Assembly (NCBI GenBank): GCA_038851755.1
Contig: JAWCKR010000005.1
Coordinates: 1 to 64,000, forward strand
Direction of reading: 5' to 3'
Length of the DNA stretch: 64,000 bases
Source: Candidatus Hadarchaeales archaeon
Lineage (GTDB): Archaea; Hadarchaeota; Hadarchaeia; Hadarchaeales; WYZ-LMO6
Position numbers and translations under genes: made by a program. Positions 48,356-60,226 of the stretch are shown here, in pieces (positions within the stretch are counted from its first letter, which is position 1; every line of letters begins with the position of its first letter). The notes beneath the pieces are model-generated. The model did not search any database. It had not been told where the DNA came from and saw only the letters and a list, made by a program, of their open reading frames with translations.

Positions 48356-49126
48356 ATGATGCTGGTCTTCGTGGGACTGGGCCTTTGCGGCCAAGAGGGA
48401 CTCTCCCTCAGGGGGCTGAAAACCGCCAGGGAGGCCGACTGGGTGTACGCCGAGCACTACACCAGCCTCCTCCCCGAGCTGGACCTGGGGAAACTGGAGG
48501 AGCTTGTGGGGAAAAACGTGAAGCTGGTGGACCGGAAGACCCTGGAGGAGCACCCAGAGGAGATCCTGGAAAGAGCGGAGAGGGGAAGGGTGGCCCTGCT
48601 GGTTCCAGGGGACTCCATGGTGGCCACCACCCACGTGGACCTCAGGCTGAGGGCGGAGAGGAGGGGCATCCGCACCCTGGTGGTCCCCTCGCCCTCCATC
48701 CTCTCCGCGGCCCCGGGGCTCACGGGGCTGCAGAGCTACAAGTTCGGTCGCTCCGCCACCATCCCCTTCAGGGACAACCCCTCCAGGACCCCCTACGACA
48801 CCCTGGTGGAGAACCGGGAAAGGGGGCTGCACACCCTCCTCCTCCTCGACCTGAGGGCGGAGGAGGGCAGGTACATGACGGCGAGGGAGGGGATGGAGGT
48901 CATGCTGGAGCTGGAGTCCAGGATGGGAAAGGGGGTCTTCACCAGGGACAGCCTGGTGGTGGTTCTGGCCCGCGCGGGATGCTCCGACGGGAGGGTGAGG
49001 GCGGGGAGGGTGGGGAAGCTGATGGAGGAGGACTTCGGGCCCCCCCCACACGCGCTGGTCGTCCCGGGGAGGCTGCACTTTCTTGAGGAGGAGGCGCTGA
49101 GGGTACTGGCGGGGGCTGAGCCTTGA
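48356..49126 (+). CDS. dph5: Diphthine synthase
   Basis: FVGLGL, EHYTS, GDSMVATTH, GLQSYKFG, GLHTLLLLD, DFGPPPH. Confidence 0.96.
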   Translation: MMLVFVGLGLCGQEGLSLRGLKTAREADWVYAEHYTSLLPELDLGKLEELVGKNVKLVDRKTLEEHPEEILERAERGRVALLVPGDSMVATTHVDLRLRAERRGIRTLVVPSPSILSAAPGLTGLQSYKFGRSATIPFRDNPSRTPYDTLVENRERGLHTLLLLDLRAEEGRYMTAREGMEVMLELESRMGKGVFTRDSLVVVLARAGCSDGRVRAGRVGKLMEEDFGPPPHALVVPGRLHFLEEEALRVLAGAEP

Positions 49127-49368
49127 GGGACCCGAAGGAGGAGCTGGAAGCCGAGATAGAGAGATGGTCGAAAAGGCTGGAGGAGGCCTTGGAGAAAACC
49201 AGGCCCCTAGACAAGAGAGGGGAAAAGCTCCTGGAGAACATCAGGGCTTACCAGCAGGACTCTTCCCACTTCAGGTCCCACTCGCCCGTGAAGAGCTTCG
49301 AGTGCCTGGTGTGGGCCTGGGCCCTGCTGGAGATGGGGAAGGAGTTCGGCTGCCTCTCAGGGCCCTAG
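49123..49368 (+). CDS. DUF357-like protein
   Basis: NIRAY..DSSHF, FECLVWAWALLE; follows dph5. Confidence 0.75.
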   Translation: MRDPKEELEAEIERWSKRLEEALEKTRPLDKRGEKLLENIRAYQQDSSHFRSHSPVKSFECLVWAWALLEMGKEFGCLSGP

Positions 49369-50049
49369 CGCGGAAGCCAGCCTCCTGACCTCCCCCACCG
49401 CCTCCTCCACCGCCCTCTCCAGCATCCTCTTTCCCAGCCTGAGGTCCGCCCTCACCCCTCCCTCCAGAACCTCCCTGGCATGCCTCTCAGCCCACTCGTA
49501 CCTACGGCGAGCCTTCTCCAGCCCGGCGAAGCCCACCTCCGGGTGCCTCTCGGGGTCCACGTGCTCCCTCAGCCTGGAGAGGTCCGCCAGGCCTGCTGCC
49601 GCCGCCGCGCTGACCTCCCCCGTCCCCGCGTGTGGCCCCTCCAGGTCCACCAGCAGGGTGCTGAAGGCCAGCTTCATCCCCAGCCTCTTCTCCAGACGCG
49701 GCAGACGGTCCCTGAGGGGCTTGTTCCCCCCGTGAGCATTGACCAGCACCGCCGCCCTCACTCCCAGTACCTCCCTGGCCTCCTTCAGCCTCCTACACAG
49801 CTCACCCACCACCTTCCCCAGCGGGTGGTGTCTACCCGTCTCTATGAGGGGAAGCTCGTAGGAGGTGAGGAGGACCCCCAGGAACTTGGCCCCGCTGCGC
49901 TTGGCAGCTTCCAGGGCCACGTGGGCCGCCAGCTTGGCATCGGTGTCGGGGGGGAGCACCGCCCCATGCCTCTCCTGGTGAGAGCCCAGGGCCAGCACTC
50001 CCACCCTGGTTTCAGCCGATCCCCAGCCTTCTGGCCGTCTTGACCGCAC
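49357..50049 (-). CDS. arfB: ArfB-type FAPy deformylase (creatininase family); start uncertain
   Basis: LGSHQERHGAVLPPDTD, NAHGGN, EGPHAGTGE, PEVGFAG; last gene of the riboflavin operon. Confidence 0.85.
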   Translation of the reverse strand: MRSRRPEGWGSAETRVGVLALGSHQERHGAVLPPDTDAKLAAHVALEAAKRSGAKFLGVLLTSYELPLIETGRHHPLGKVVGELCRRLKEAREVLGVRAAVLVNAHGGNKPLRDRLPRLEKRLGMKLAFSTLLVDLEGPHAGTGEVSAAAAAGLADLSRLREHVDPERHPEVGFAGLEKARRRYEWAERHAREVLEGGVRADLRLGKRMLERAVEEAVGEVRRLASALGP

Positions 50050-50422
50050 TCTCCACCGCTCTCCTGGCGTACTCGTTCACCCTGTCCAGCGCCTGCAGTC
50101 TGGTCATGCCCGGTCCGGAGATGCCCAGCGCCACCGGCTTGCCGTACTCAAGAGCAAGGTCCATCAGCTTCCTGGTCGTGTGCTGCATGATCACCTCGTC
50201 GTGCTCCGTCTCCCCCTCTATCACCGCCCCCAGCGTCACCACGGCGTCCACCTTTCCCTCCGAAAGCAGCTTCTTCACCGCCACCGGTATCTCCCAGACC
50301 CCGGGAACCAGCACTTCCCTCTCCAACGACGCACCCAGGAACTCCGCGTGCCTCTTCGCGAACTCCACCATGGGTCCCACTACGTCCCAGGAGAACTCGC
50401 TCGCCACCAGTCCCAGCTTCAC
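50012..50422 (-). CDS. ribH: 6,7-dimethyl-8-ribityllumazine synthase
   Basis: VPGVWEIP, LGAVIEGETEHD, GISGPGM. Confidence 0.95.
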   Translation of the reverse strand: MKLGLVASEFSWDVVGPMVEFAKRHAEFLGASLEREVLVPGVWEIPVAVKKLLSEGKVDAVVTLGAVIEGETEHDEVIMQHTTRKLMDLALEYGKPVALGISGPGMTRLQALDRVNEYARRAVESAVKTARRLGIG

Positions 50423-50429
50423 CAGGTTC

Positions 50430-52221
<1,792 letters not shown>

Positions 52222-52285
52222 TTTACCACTTTTGGTTAAATTACCAAATGTGATTTCTTACCCGCTCGGAGGAAGTTATATATAA

Positions 52286-53308
<1,023 letters not shown>

Positions 53309-54520
53309 ATGTCGATCCCCACTCTGGACCAGGCGGACGTGAAGGGCAGGACCGTTCTCCTCAGGGTGGACATCAACTCCCCCCTCGACCCCAGGACAGG
53401 TGACATCCTGGAGGACTCCAGGATGAGGGAGTCGGCACCCACCATCAAGGAGCTGGCGGAAAAGGGGGCGAAGGTGGTGGTGCTGGCCCACCAGGGAAGA
53501 CCGGGGGACGAGGACTTCACCAGGCTGGAAAAGCATGCGAGGAGAATGGGCGAAATCCTGGGCATGCCCGTGAGGTACGTTCCCGACCTGCTGGGGCCCT
53601 CCGCAAAGGAGGCCATCAGAGGGTTGAAACCTGGAGAGATCCTTTTGCTGGAGAACGTGAGATTCCTCGCTGAAGAGTCCCTGAGTGGCCCACCGGAAGA
53701 GATGGCCAAAACCTTCCTGGTGAGGGAACTCTCCTCCCTGGCCGACCTCTACGTGAACGACGCCTTCGGGGCCGCACACCGCGGGCAGCCCTCGCTGGTG
53801 GGCTTCGGAGCCGTGCTCCCCACGTATGCGGGTAGGTTGATGGAAAGGGAGCTGAAGGGGCTGGGCAGGGGGAGGGAGCCGGAGAGGCCCTGCGTCTACG
53901 TGCTGGGTGGGGGGAAGTCCAAGGATTCCATGAGCATGATCGAGAACGTGCTTTCGAAGGGAATCGCCGACTGGGTCCTCACGGGCGGGCTGGTTTCACT
54001 GCTCTTCCTCTCGGCCTCAGGAGTGGACCTGGGGGGACCCAACCTGCAGGTCCTGAAGGAAAAGGGATTCGAGAAGGAAAGGGAGAGAGCCAAGAGATTA
54101 CTGTCCACCTACGGGGAGAGGATAAAGCTTCCCGTGGACGTGGCCGTGGAGAGGAAAGGGAGAAGGGAGGAGGTGGAGGTTTCCAAGCTCCCCGTGGACG
54201 CACCCGTGAAAGACGTGGGGGGCAGGACCATAAGTGAATACTCCGAGCTCATCAGAAAGGCCAAAACCGTGGTGGCCAACGGCCCGCTGGGGGTGTTTGA
54301 GGAGGAGAACTTCGAGAAGGGAACGGTGGAGGTGCTGCGGGCCATGGCCGGGTCAGGAGCCTACACCATCGTGGGTGGGGGTCACATGGTGGCCGCGGCC
54401 GAGAAGGCTGGAGTGCTCTCCAAAATCAGCCACGTGAGCACCGGAGGTGGGGCCTGCATAAGCTTCCTGGCCGGGGAGCCCATGCCGGTGGTGGAACTCC
54501 TTCTGAAGGCCAGGCGCTAA
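53309..54520 (+). CDS. pgk: Phosphoglycerate kinase
   Basis: RVDINSP, HQGRPG, LLENVRF, NDAFGAAHR, HVSTGGGA. Confidence 0.96.
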   Translation: MSIPTLDQADVKGRTVLLRVDINSPLDPRTGDILEDSRMRESAPTIKELAEKGAKVVVLAHQGRPGDEDFTRLEKHARRMGEILGMPVRYVPDLLGPSAKEAIRGLKPGEILLLENVRFLAEESLSGPPEEMAKTFLVRELSSLADLYVNDAFGAAHRGQPSLVGFGAVLPTYAGRLMERELKGLGRGREPERPCVYVLGGGKSKDSMSMIENVLSKGIADWVLTGGLVSLLFLSASGVDLGGPNLQVLKEKGFEKERERAKRLLSTYGERIKLPVDVAVERKGRREEVEVSKLPVDAPVKDVGGRTISEYSELIRKAKTVVANGPLGVFEEENFEKGTVEVLRAMAGSGAYTIVGGGHMVAAAEKAGVLSKISHVSTGGGACISFLAGEPMPVVELLLKARR

Positions 54521-55557
54521 TCCCATTCCCCGGGCCAGAGACCCAGCTCTTTCGCCGTGCGTTTCACCTCTTCCCAGATTTCGTTGGGGAGGGGGATACC
54601 CTCCCTCAGGTACCTCTCCCTCTTCCTGAACTCCGGCTCCCCGGGAAGGAGAATCTCCTGGACGCCCTCCGCCCTCCTGGAGGATTTCACCTCCCGGATG
54701 AACTCCTCAGCTTCACCCAGGAACTTCTCCCTGTCGGTAAAGGCCGAAGGGTCCAGCGCCAGCATCAGGTCCCCCTTCGTGCAGAAGCCCTCCACCGGTT
54801 CCAGCGTCCCCCTGACCTTCTTCCCCGCGGCGGCGTTCACCATGGGACCTGCCAAGAGTTCCAGCACGAAAGCCAGCCCGTATCCCTTGGGACCACCGAA
54901 GGGGCTGAGGGCCCCCTTCAGCCCCTCCTCGGGATCGGTGGTGGGCCTTCCCTCCCTGTCCACCGCCCAGCCCTCCGGTATCCTCTCCCCCTTTTTGGCT
55001 GCCTCCACCAGCTTCCCCCTGGCCGCCACGCTCATCGCCATGTCCAGAAGGATGGGGGGACGGGTGGGGAGACCCAAGGCAAGGGCGTTGGTTCCCAGCA
55101 GGGGCTCGCACCCACCCCAGGGGTGCACCAGGGGATCGGTGGTGGTGGCCACCACCCCCACCATGCCCTCCTTCATGGCCATCTCCGCGTAGTATCCAGC
55201 GATGCCGAAGTGATTGGAGTTGAACACGCCCACCGCCCCTATCCCCGCCTTCCTGGCCTTCTCCACGGCCAGCGACATCGCCCTCTTGGCCACATGGTGC
55301 CCCAGCCCGTGGCCCCCGTCCAGCAGCGCCGTGGCCTGGGTCTCCCTGACCACCCTCACCTCCGCCCGCGGGAGGATGGTCCCCCTCCTCAGCGCCCTCA
55401 GGATGTAGGGGAGCCTCAGCAGGCCGTGGGAGTGAAAGCCCCTCAAATCACCCTCCGTCAGCACCTCCGCCACGTCCTCCGCCTCCTCCTCCCCCGACCC
55501 TCCCCTCAGGAGGAGGGTGCGTATCACCTCCTTCTCCCTCTCAGCCGTGAGGATCAT
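54517..55557 (-). CDS. Ldh_2-family malate/L-sulfolactate dehydrogenase (ComC-like)
   Basis: DLRGFHSHGL, SNHFG, GTN, LDMA, PFGGPKGYGL, LPGEPE. Confidence 0.9.
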   Translation of the reverse strand: MILTAEREKEVIRTLLLRGGSGEEEAEDVAEVLTEGDLRGFHSHGLLRLPYILRALRRGTILPRAEVRVVRETQATALLDGGHGLGHHVAKRAMSLAVEKARKAGIGAVGVFNSNHFGIAGYYAEMAMKEGMVGVVATTTDPLVHPWGGCEPLLGTNALALGLPTRPPILLDMAMSVAARGKLVEAAKKGERIPEGWAVDREGRPTTDPEEGLKGALSPFGGPKGYGLAFVLELLAGPMVNAAAGKKVRGTLEPVEGFCTKGDLMLALDPSAFTDREKFLGEAEEFIREVKSSRRAEGVQEILLPGEPEFRKRERYLREGIPLPNEIWEEVKRTAKELGLWPGEWD

Positions 55558-56648
55558 TCCTTCCTCCCTCCGGGGTTCTCCCTGAACCACTCCATGGCCT
55601 CCTTAAAGAAGTCTTCCCCTCCCACGGGTCTGAGCTCGAACTCGTTCCCCCTCTCGCGGTACCTCTCCGCCACCCTCTCCGGATCCGCCTGCTCCGGAGC
55701 GAAGCCCTTCAGCTCCTCCTTCTCCAGGGGCATGGAGATGAGCCCCGTCCGGTGATGCATGGAGTAGGGCGCCCTCACGTCCCCCATGGGCTTCATCACG
55801 GAGGGATCGAAGAGCACCTTCCCCTTCCTCCTCTCCTTGTGGGCCACATCAGAGGTGGTGAGGCCTGGAAGCTGCTGGGAAACCTCGAACTCCAGGAAGC
55901 GGATGAGGTCCGCGTAGAAGCTGAAGAGGTTCCTCTCCCTCTTGCCCGCCTGCAGCTCCAGCGGGCGGTAACCCTCGGGAAGCCCGTGGGGCCTGAAGCT
56001 CGCCCAGAGCTGGAAGCCCCTTGAACCGCTGTACTTCAGTCTGGGCTCCAGACCGAAGTCCTCCATCCTCTTCAGGGTGACCTCCACCACCTTCCTCACC
56101 TCCCTCTCCGGCACTTCCTTCCCCGCATCCAGGTCCAGCACGAACCAGTCGGGGCGGTCGGAGTTCACGGAGTGGATGTAGGGTATGAAGTCTATGCCAT
56201 GGAGGTCCAGCCACCTCTGCAGGTCGGAGGGGCTCCTGAGGGTGATGTATCTGGGCCCCATCTTCCTCTGCAGCCACGCCCTCCCGGTGAAGAGCCTGAA
56301 GACGGAAACCCACCTTCCCCTGCAGAACTCCAGCAGGGTGGGCGCCACCACGGGATAGTAGCGCTTGGCCCTGTAGACCTTCAGGTAGTCCTGGTTCAGC
56401 TCCTCCCGGATCTCCCTCCACCTGCGCTCGAAGTACTCCCTCCCCTCCTCCGTAAGGGCGTAACCCTCGCCCTCCCTCCTCACCAGGCCCTCCTCCGCCA
56501 GTTCCTCCAGGAGACCGGAAACCTCCCTCTCCGAAAGCTCCCTTCCGGTATCGCGGCTCACCTTCTCCCTTATGTGCTCCAGGTCCACCAGCTTTCCCTT
56601 CGGCTTTATCGCCAGCGTCATCAGGATGTGGTCCCTTGGCCCCGCCAT
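55554..56648 (-). CDS. LigD-POL/Prim-Pol type primase-polymerase with an N-terminal wHTH
   Basis: YYPVVAP.LL...GR, RPDWFVLDLD, SGSRGFQ, KGKVLFD, APYS; N-terminal LAEEGLV..Y.LTEEGR. Confidence 0.85.
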   Translation of the reverse strand: MAGPRDHILMTLAIKPKGKLVDLEHIREKVSRDTGRELSEREVSGLLEELAEEGLVRREGEGYALTEEGREYFERRWREIREELNQDYLKVYRAKRYYPVVAPTLLEFCRGRWVSVFRLFTGRAWLQRKMGPRYITLRSPSDLQRWLDLHGIDFIPYIHSVNSDRPDWFVLDLDAGKEVPEREVRKVVEVTLKRMEDFGLEPRLKYSGSRGFQLWASFRPHGLPEGYRPLELQAGKRERNLFSFYADLIRFLEFEVSQQLPGLTTSDVAHKERRKGKVLFDPSVMKPMGDVRAPYSMHHRTGLISMPLEKEELKGFAPEQADPERVAERYRERGNEFELRPVGGEDFFKEAMEWFRENPGGRKE

Positions 56649-56664
56649 GTCGGCTCCAGAGGGA

Positions 56665-56829
56665 TCAGAGCTCGGCCAGCTTCCTGCCCAGCAGCTTCTC
56701 GGCGCAGTCCTGGCAGAAGAACCTGGCCTTGGCCTCCCCGGGGACCACCACCTTCAGGTAACCGGCGCCGTAGCTCATGAGCTGGATCTGCTTCCCGCAG
56801 GACTTGCACTTCGGCCCCTTGGCGCGCAT
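56665..56829 (-). CDS. Small Zn-finger protein, not in ORF track
   Basis: MRAKGPKCKSCGKQIQLMSYGAGYLKVVVPGEAKARFFCQDCAEKLLGRKLAEL*; SD GGGAGG. Confidence 0.8.
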   Translation of the reverse strand: MRAKGPKCKSCGKQIQLMSYGAGYLKVVVPGEAKARFFCQDCAEKLLGRKLAEL

Positions 56830-56900
56830 CCTCCCTTTCCTCCTCCCCTTAAATCAGCTTTTCCCCCTCCCCAAGATAAAAGCTCCCCCTCCCAGAGTTC

Positions 56901-57593
56901 ATGGTGCTTCCCATCCTCAGACCCCGCGGCGCGGTGAACCTGAACCAGCTGATAAAAATCCAGCGCAGAGTGGCCGAGAAAGTCAGTACCGTGGACGGGT
57001 GGAAAAGGCTCGAGAGGGTGGCGGGGCTTGACCTGGCCTACGCGGGAAAGGACCGGGGATACTCCTCCTGCGTGGTGCTGGACCTCACCACCCTCGAGGT
57101 GCTGGAGCAGAGGGTGAAAAAGGTCAGGATAAGGTTCCCCTACCTCCCCACCTTCCTGGCCTTCAGGGAGCTGGAGGGGATGCTGGAGGTGGCCAGGGGG
57201 GTGGAAGCGGACGTGTACATGGTGGACGGGCACGGGGTGGCCCATCCCAGGAGGGCTGGACTGGCCTCCCACCTGGGGGTGGTGCTGGACAAGCCTGCGC
57301 TGGGGGTGGCGAAGTCCAGGCTCTGCGGCGAAGGGGAGGACCCCCCCCTCCGCAGGGGTGGATGCTCCCTGCTGAGGGAAGGGGGGGAGGTGGTGGGGGC
57401 CGCGGTGAGGACCAGGACAGGCGCGAAACCCGTGTACGTGAGCGTGGGACACAGGCTCTCCCTCCGAACGGCCATAGAGCTCACGCTCAGGACCTCCCCC
57501 TCTTTCAGGATACCACAGCCCCTCAGGCTGGCCCACCTTCTAGCCACCCTCAAAGCTTCGAGGAGAGCTGTGGAAGGGTTCGGCCACCTTTGA
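56901..57593 (+). CDS. nfi: Endonuclease V
   Basis: AGLDLAY, FPYLPTFLAFRE, VDGHGVAHPRRAGLASH, GVAKS, VSVGH. Confidence 0.95.
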   Translation: MVLPILRPRGAVNLNQLIKIQRRVAEKVSTVDGWKRLERVAGLDLAYAGKDRGYSSCVVLDLTTLEVLEQRVKKVRIRFPYLPTFLAFRELEGMLEVARGVEADVYMVDGHGVAHPRRAGLASHLGVVLDKPALGVAKSRLCGEGEDPPLRRGGCSLLREGGEVVGAAVRTRTGAKPVYVSVGHRLSLRTAIELTLRTSPSFRIPQPLRLAHLLATLKASRRAVEGFGHL

Positions 57594-57596
57594 AAA

Positions 57597-57909
57597 GGCG
57601 GCGGGCGCGCCGAAGGTGGACGCCTTCGCCGCGCACCGTTGACCGGCCCCTCAGGCTCCATCCCGCTTTCCGCAAGCGCCGAACGTCCTGCCCACCCTTG
57701 CTGACTTCCGCCCCTGGGGGGTTCAGCAGGCAAGGGAGGTTCTCCCCGGCCCTCCGGTCGGGGCCCCTCCGCCGCCGACCCTGCGGGGCGGGACTTCCGC
57801 GCCCGGAACCGGGCGGTGCGAGGTTCCAGCGCCGCCCCCCGGCTTCGGCCCGGCGTGTAGCGGATTTCCGGTCACAGGGGACCGCTAGCCCCCCGCCTAG
57901 CCCGCCGCC
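57597..57909 (-). ncRNA. ffs: Archaeal SRP (7S) RNA
   Basis: Terminal helix GGCGGCGGGC/GCCCGCCGCC; Alu-domain GGGCTAGGC..GTCCCCTGT.ACCGGAAA; helix 8 CCAGG-GGC-GGAA-GTC-AGCA; about 313 nt. Confidence 0.95.
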
Positions 57910-57946
57910 ATTTAAAGAGTGGTTCCCCCACCTTATCAATTTTGGT

Positions 57947-59143
57947 TTACAGGAGGGAGGGGAAGAGGTTCAGGAGGAGGATGAAGAGGAGGAAGAGGGA
58001 GAAGGAATTGGAGAGCTGCCTGGCCCTCCTTTTCGACATCCTCAGCTCCAGCAGGCCCCTGAACATGTAGCCCCCGTCCAGGGGCACCAAGGGAAGGAGG
58101 TTGAACATCCCTATGCCCAGGTTCAGGACGAAGATCCACTTCAGGAGGTCCACCAGCGGCCAGGGAACGGAGGGGGTGTAGAAGTAGCGGTGGAGGAGGG
58201 CGTAGGGGGGGAGGACGGGCCTTCCCAGCAGCTCGTTCACCATGAGGCCTAGCATGGAAACGGGATGGAGGAGCTCGAGGCGGGAGGGCGAGGAAACGGG
58301 CCATATCCCCAGACCCCCCCTGTTGTCCCTGTTGTCCGCCGTGACCAGGAGGTTCTCCTTCTCCGTCTCCAGGACCACGTTCTCCCCCGGTCTCAGGTTC
58401 TCCACCTCCCTGGCGTAGTCCTCCCAGGTGCGCAGGGGCTTGCCGTTCAGGGAGAGGAGGAGGGTGCCCAGCTCCAGGTTCTCGCAGGGTCCGTTCTCCC
58501 TCACCCCCCAAACGCGCACGCCCGGACGGGGGGAGAGGAGGAGGAAGAGCAGCAGGAAGACCAGGAGGCCCACCAGAACGTTGGCGAAGGGACCCGCCGC
58601 GAAGACGCGCAGCCTCTTCCTCAGGGGGGAGACGTTCAGCCTCTTCTCGTCGGGCTCCACGAAGGCCCCGGGTATGGCCACGAAGAGGAGGAGACCCATG
58701 GACTTAGCGGGGATGCCCTGGGCCCTCATCAGGAGGCCGTGGGAGACCTCGTGCACCAGGAGAACCACTGCCACCGAGATCAGCCACCAGTAGACGGTGA
58801 GACCGGGGATGACACCGGGGAGCACGAACCTGGCCCCGGCCACGGACAGCTCGGGCCTCCGCAGGATGAGGTAGGCGTTGAGGAGGAGGTTGAGGAGGAC
58901 GAAGAACATGAGGAGGAGGCCCACCCAGACCCCCACCTCTCCGAACCGAACCCATCCCGTCCTTCGGCGTCGCGCGGCGCGGTCGATGAGGCTGAGGCCC
59001 CTCTCGGTCCTCCAGAGGAGCATACCCCCCTCCAGGGAGAACCCGTACCTCTTCAGCCCCCACTCCCGGTAAAGGAGGAGGAAGACCGCCCAGAAGAAGC
59101 CCAGCCCAAGGAGAAACAGGAGAAGGTGCTGTGAGGGATCCAT
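57947..59143 (-). CDS. Site-2 protease (M50) with PDZ-like domain
   Basis: HEVSH, GAFVEPD, AAGPFAN, NLLPLVPLDGG. Confidence 0.95.
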   Translation of the reverse strand: MDPSQHLLLFLLGLGFFWAVFLLLYREWGLKRYGFSLEGGMLLWRTERGLSLIDRAARRRRTGWVRFGEVGVWVGLLLMFFVLLNLLLNAYLILRRPELSVAGARFVLPGVIPGLTVYWWLISVAVVLLVHEVSHGLLMRAQGIPAKSMGLLLFVAIPGAFVEPDEKRLNVSPLRKRLRVFAAGPFANVLVGLLVFLLLFLLLSPRPGVRVWGVRENGPCENLELGTLLLSLNGKPLRTWEDYAREVENLRPGENVVLETEKENLLVTADNRDNRGGLGIWPVSSPSRLELLHPVSMLGLMVNELLGRPVLPPYALLHRYFYTPSVPWPLVDLLKWIFVLNLGIGMFNLLPLVPLDGGYMFRGLLELRMSKRRARQLSNSFSLFLLFILLLNLFPSLL

Positions 59144-59210
59144 CCTTTCCCCTCTCCCCTCCCCTCGTATAAGCCCACCCCAACCCTAATACTTCTGGGG
59201 TCGGAGTGGA

Positions 59211-59516
59211 ATGATGTATGTGCTCCTCACCACCGTGGACGAAAGGAGGAAGGCCGAAGAGCTGGCGAGGAGGGTGGTGGAGGAGAAGCTGGCCTCCTGC
59301 GTGACCGTGCTCCCGGGCGCCAAATCTTTCTACTTCTGGAAGGGAAAGAGGGAGGAGGCGGGGGAGCTCCTGCTCCTGATGAAGACCCTCAGTCCCAGGA
59401 AGCTGATGAGGAGGCTGAAGGAGATCCACCCCTACGAGGTGCCCGAGCTGCTGGTCCTCAAGGCCTCCGCGGTCTCGGAGGAGTACCTGCGATGGGCAAG
59501 AGAAGCGGTGGGGTGA
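59211..59516 (+). CDS. cutA: Divalent cation tolerance protein CutA
   Basis: VEEKLASC, SFYFWKG, HPYEVPE. Confidence 0.95.
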   Translation: MMYVLLTTVDERRKAEELARRVVEEKLASCVTVLPGAKSFYFWKGKREEAGELLLLMKTLSPRKLMRRLKEIHPYEVPELLVLKASAVSEEYLRWAREAVG

Positions 59517-60226
59517 ACCCGGCCTCCCCGAAGGCCGACAGGAGGGAGGTGATCTACCCTCCCAAGAGATGGGAGTTGCTGAAGGGGCTGAGGGAGAGGG
59601 CGCTGGAGGTGATGGAGGCCCTCTCGAGGAGGGGGATGGAGGCGCTGGCGCACGGAAGCCTGGCCAGGGGTGACGTGGAGGAGGATAGCGACATCGACCT
59701 CTTCCTTCCCCAGCCCTTCCCCTCCTACCTGGTGGAGACGGCCCTGTTGGAGACGGGCCTCGCTCCCGAGCGGAGGGAACTGGTGATGGCCACACCCTGG
59801 CAGCTTCCCAAGGCCCACCTCCACCTGGATGAGCGAACCGTGGTCACCTTTCCCCTCCTGAAACCCAGACCCCTGGAGCTGGAGTTCTACCACTTCGGGG
59901 GCGCGCTTGAGAGAGAGGGCCTGGGCAGGGGAGAGAGGGTACCGGGAGTGGACAAGAGGCTCATGCTCATCGAGCCCACCCCTTCGGGGCACGTGGAGAG
60001 CCCGGTGAAGGGAAGGGAAGGGGAGGTGGCCAAGAGGCTGGGCGTGAGCTTGGAGATCGTGAGGGAGAGGGTACAGGTGCTCACCGCCAGAAAGGAGGAA
60101 GGGCACACGGGTCTCTTCCTCAGAAGGGAGCTTTCGCCTTCCGAGAGCTTCGAGGAGGTCTTCGACTCCCTGGCCCGCTCCCATTCCTTCCTGAGGCTGA
60201 GGCTCAAGCCCGGGAAGCCTCGGTGA
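59513..60226 (+). CDS. Pol-beta-fold nucleotidyltransferase (archaeal conserved family)
   Basis: HGSLARGDV..DSDID, EFYHFGG, RVPGVDKRL, GHTG. Confidence 0.85.
   Translation: MNPASPKADRREVIYPPKRWELLKGLRERALEVMEALSRRGMEALAHGSLARGDVEEDSDIDLFLPQPFPSYLVETALLETGLAPERRELVMATPWQLPKAHLHLDERTVVTFPLLKPRPLELEFYHFGGALEREGLGRGERVPGVDKRLMLIEPTPSGHVESPVKGREGEVAKRLGVSLEIVRERVQVLTARKEEGHTGLFLRRELSPSESFEEVFDSLARSHSFLRLRLKPGKPR

Noticed and set aside
56621-56809. 62-aa ORF in the track
   Set aside because: Wrong frame; the CxxC..CxxC ORF at 56665-56829 has an RBS and a protein-like sequence
57550-57939. 129-aa ORF
   Set aside because: Coincides with the SRP RNA
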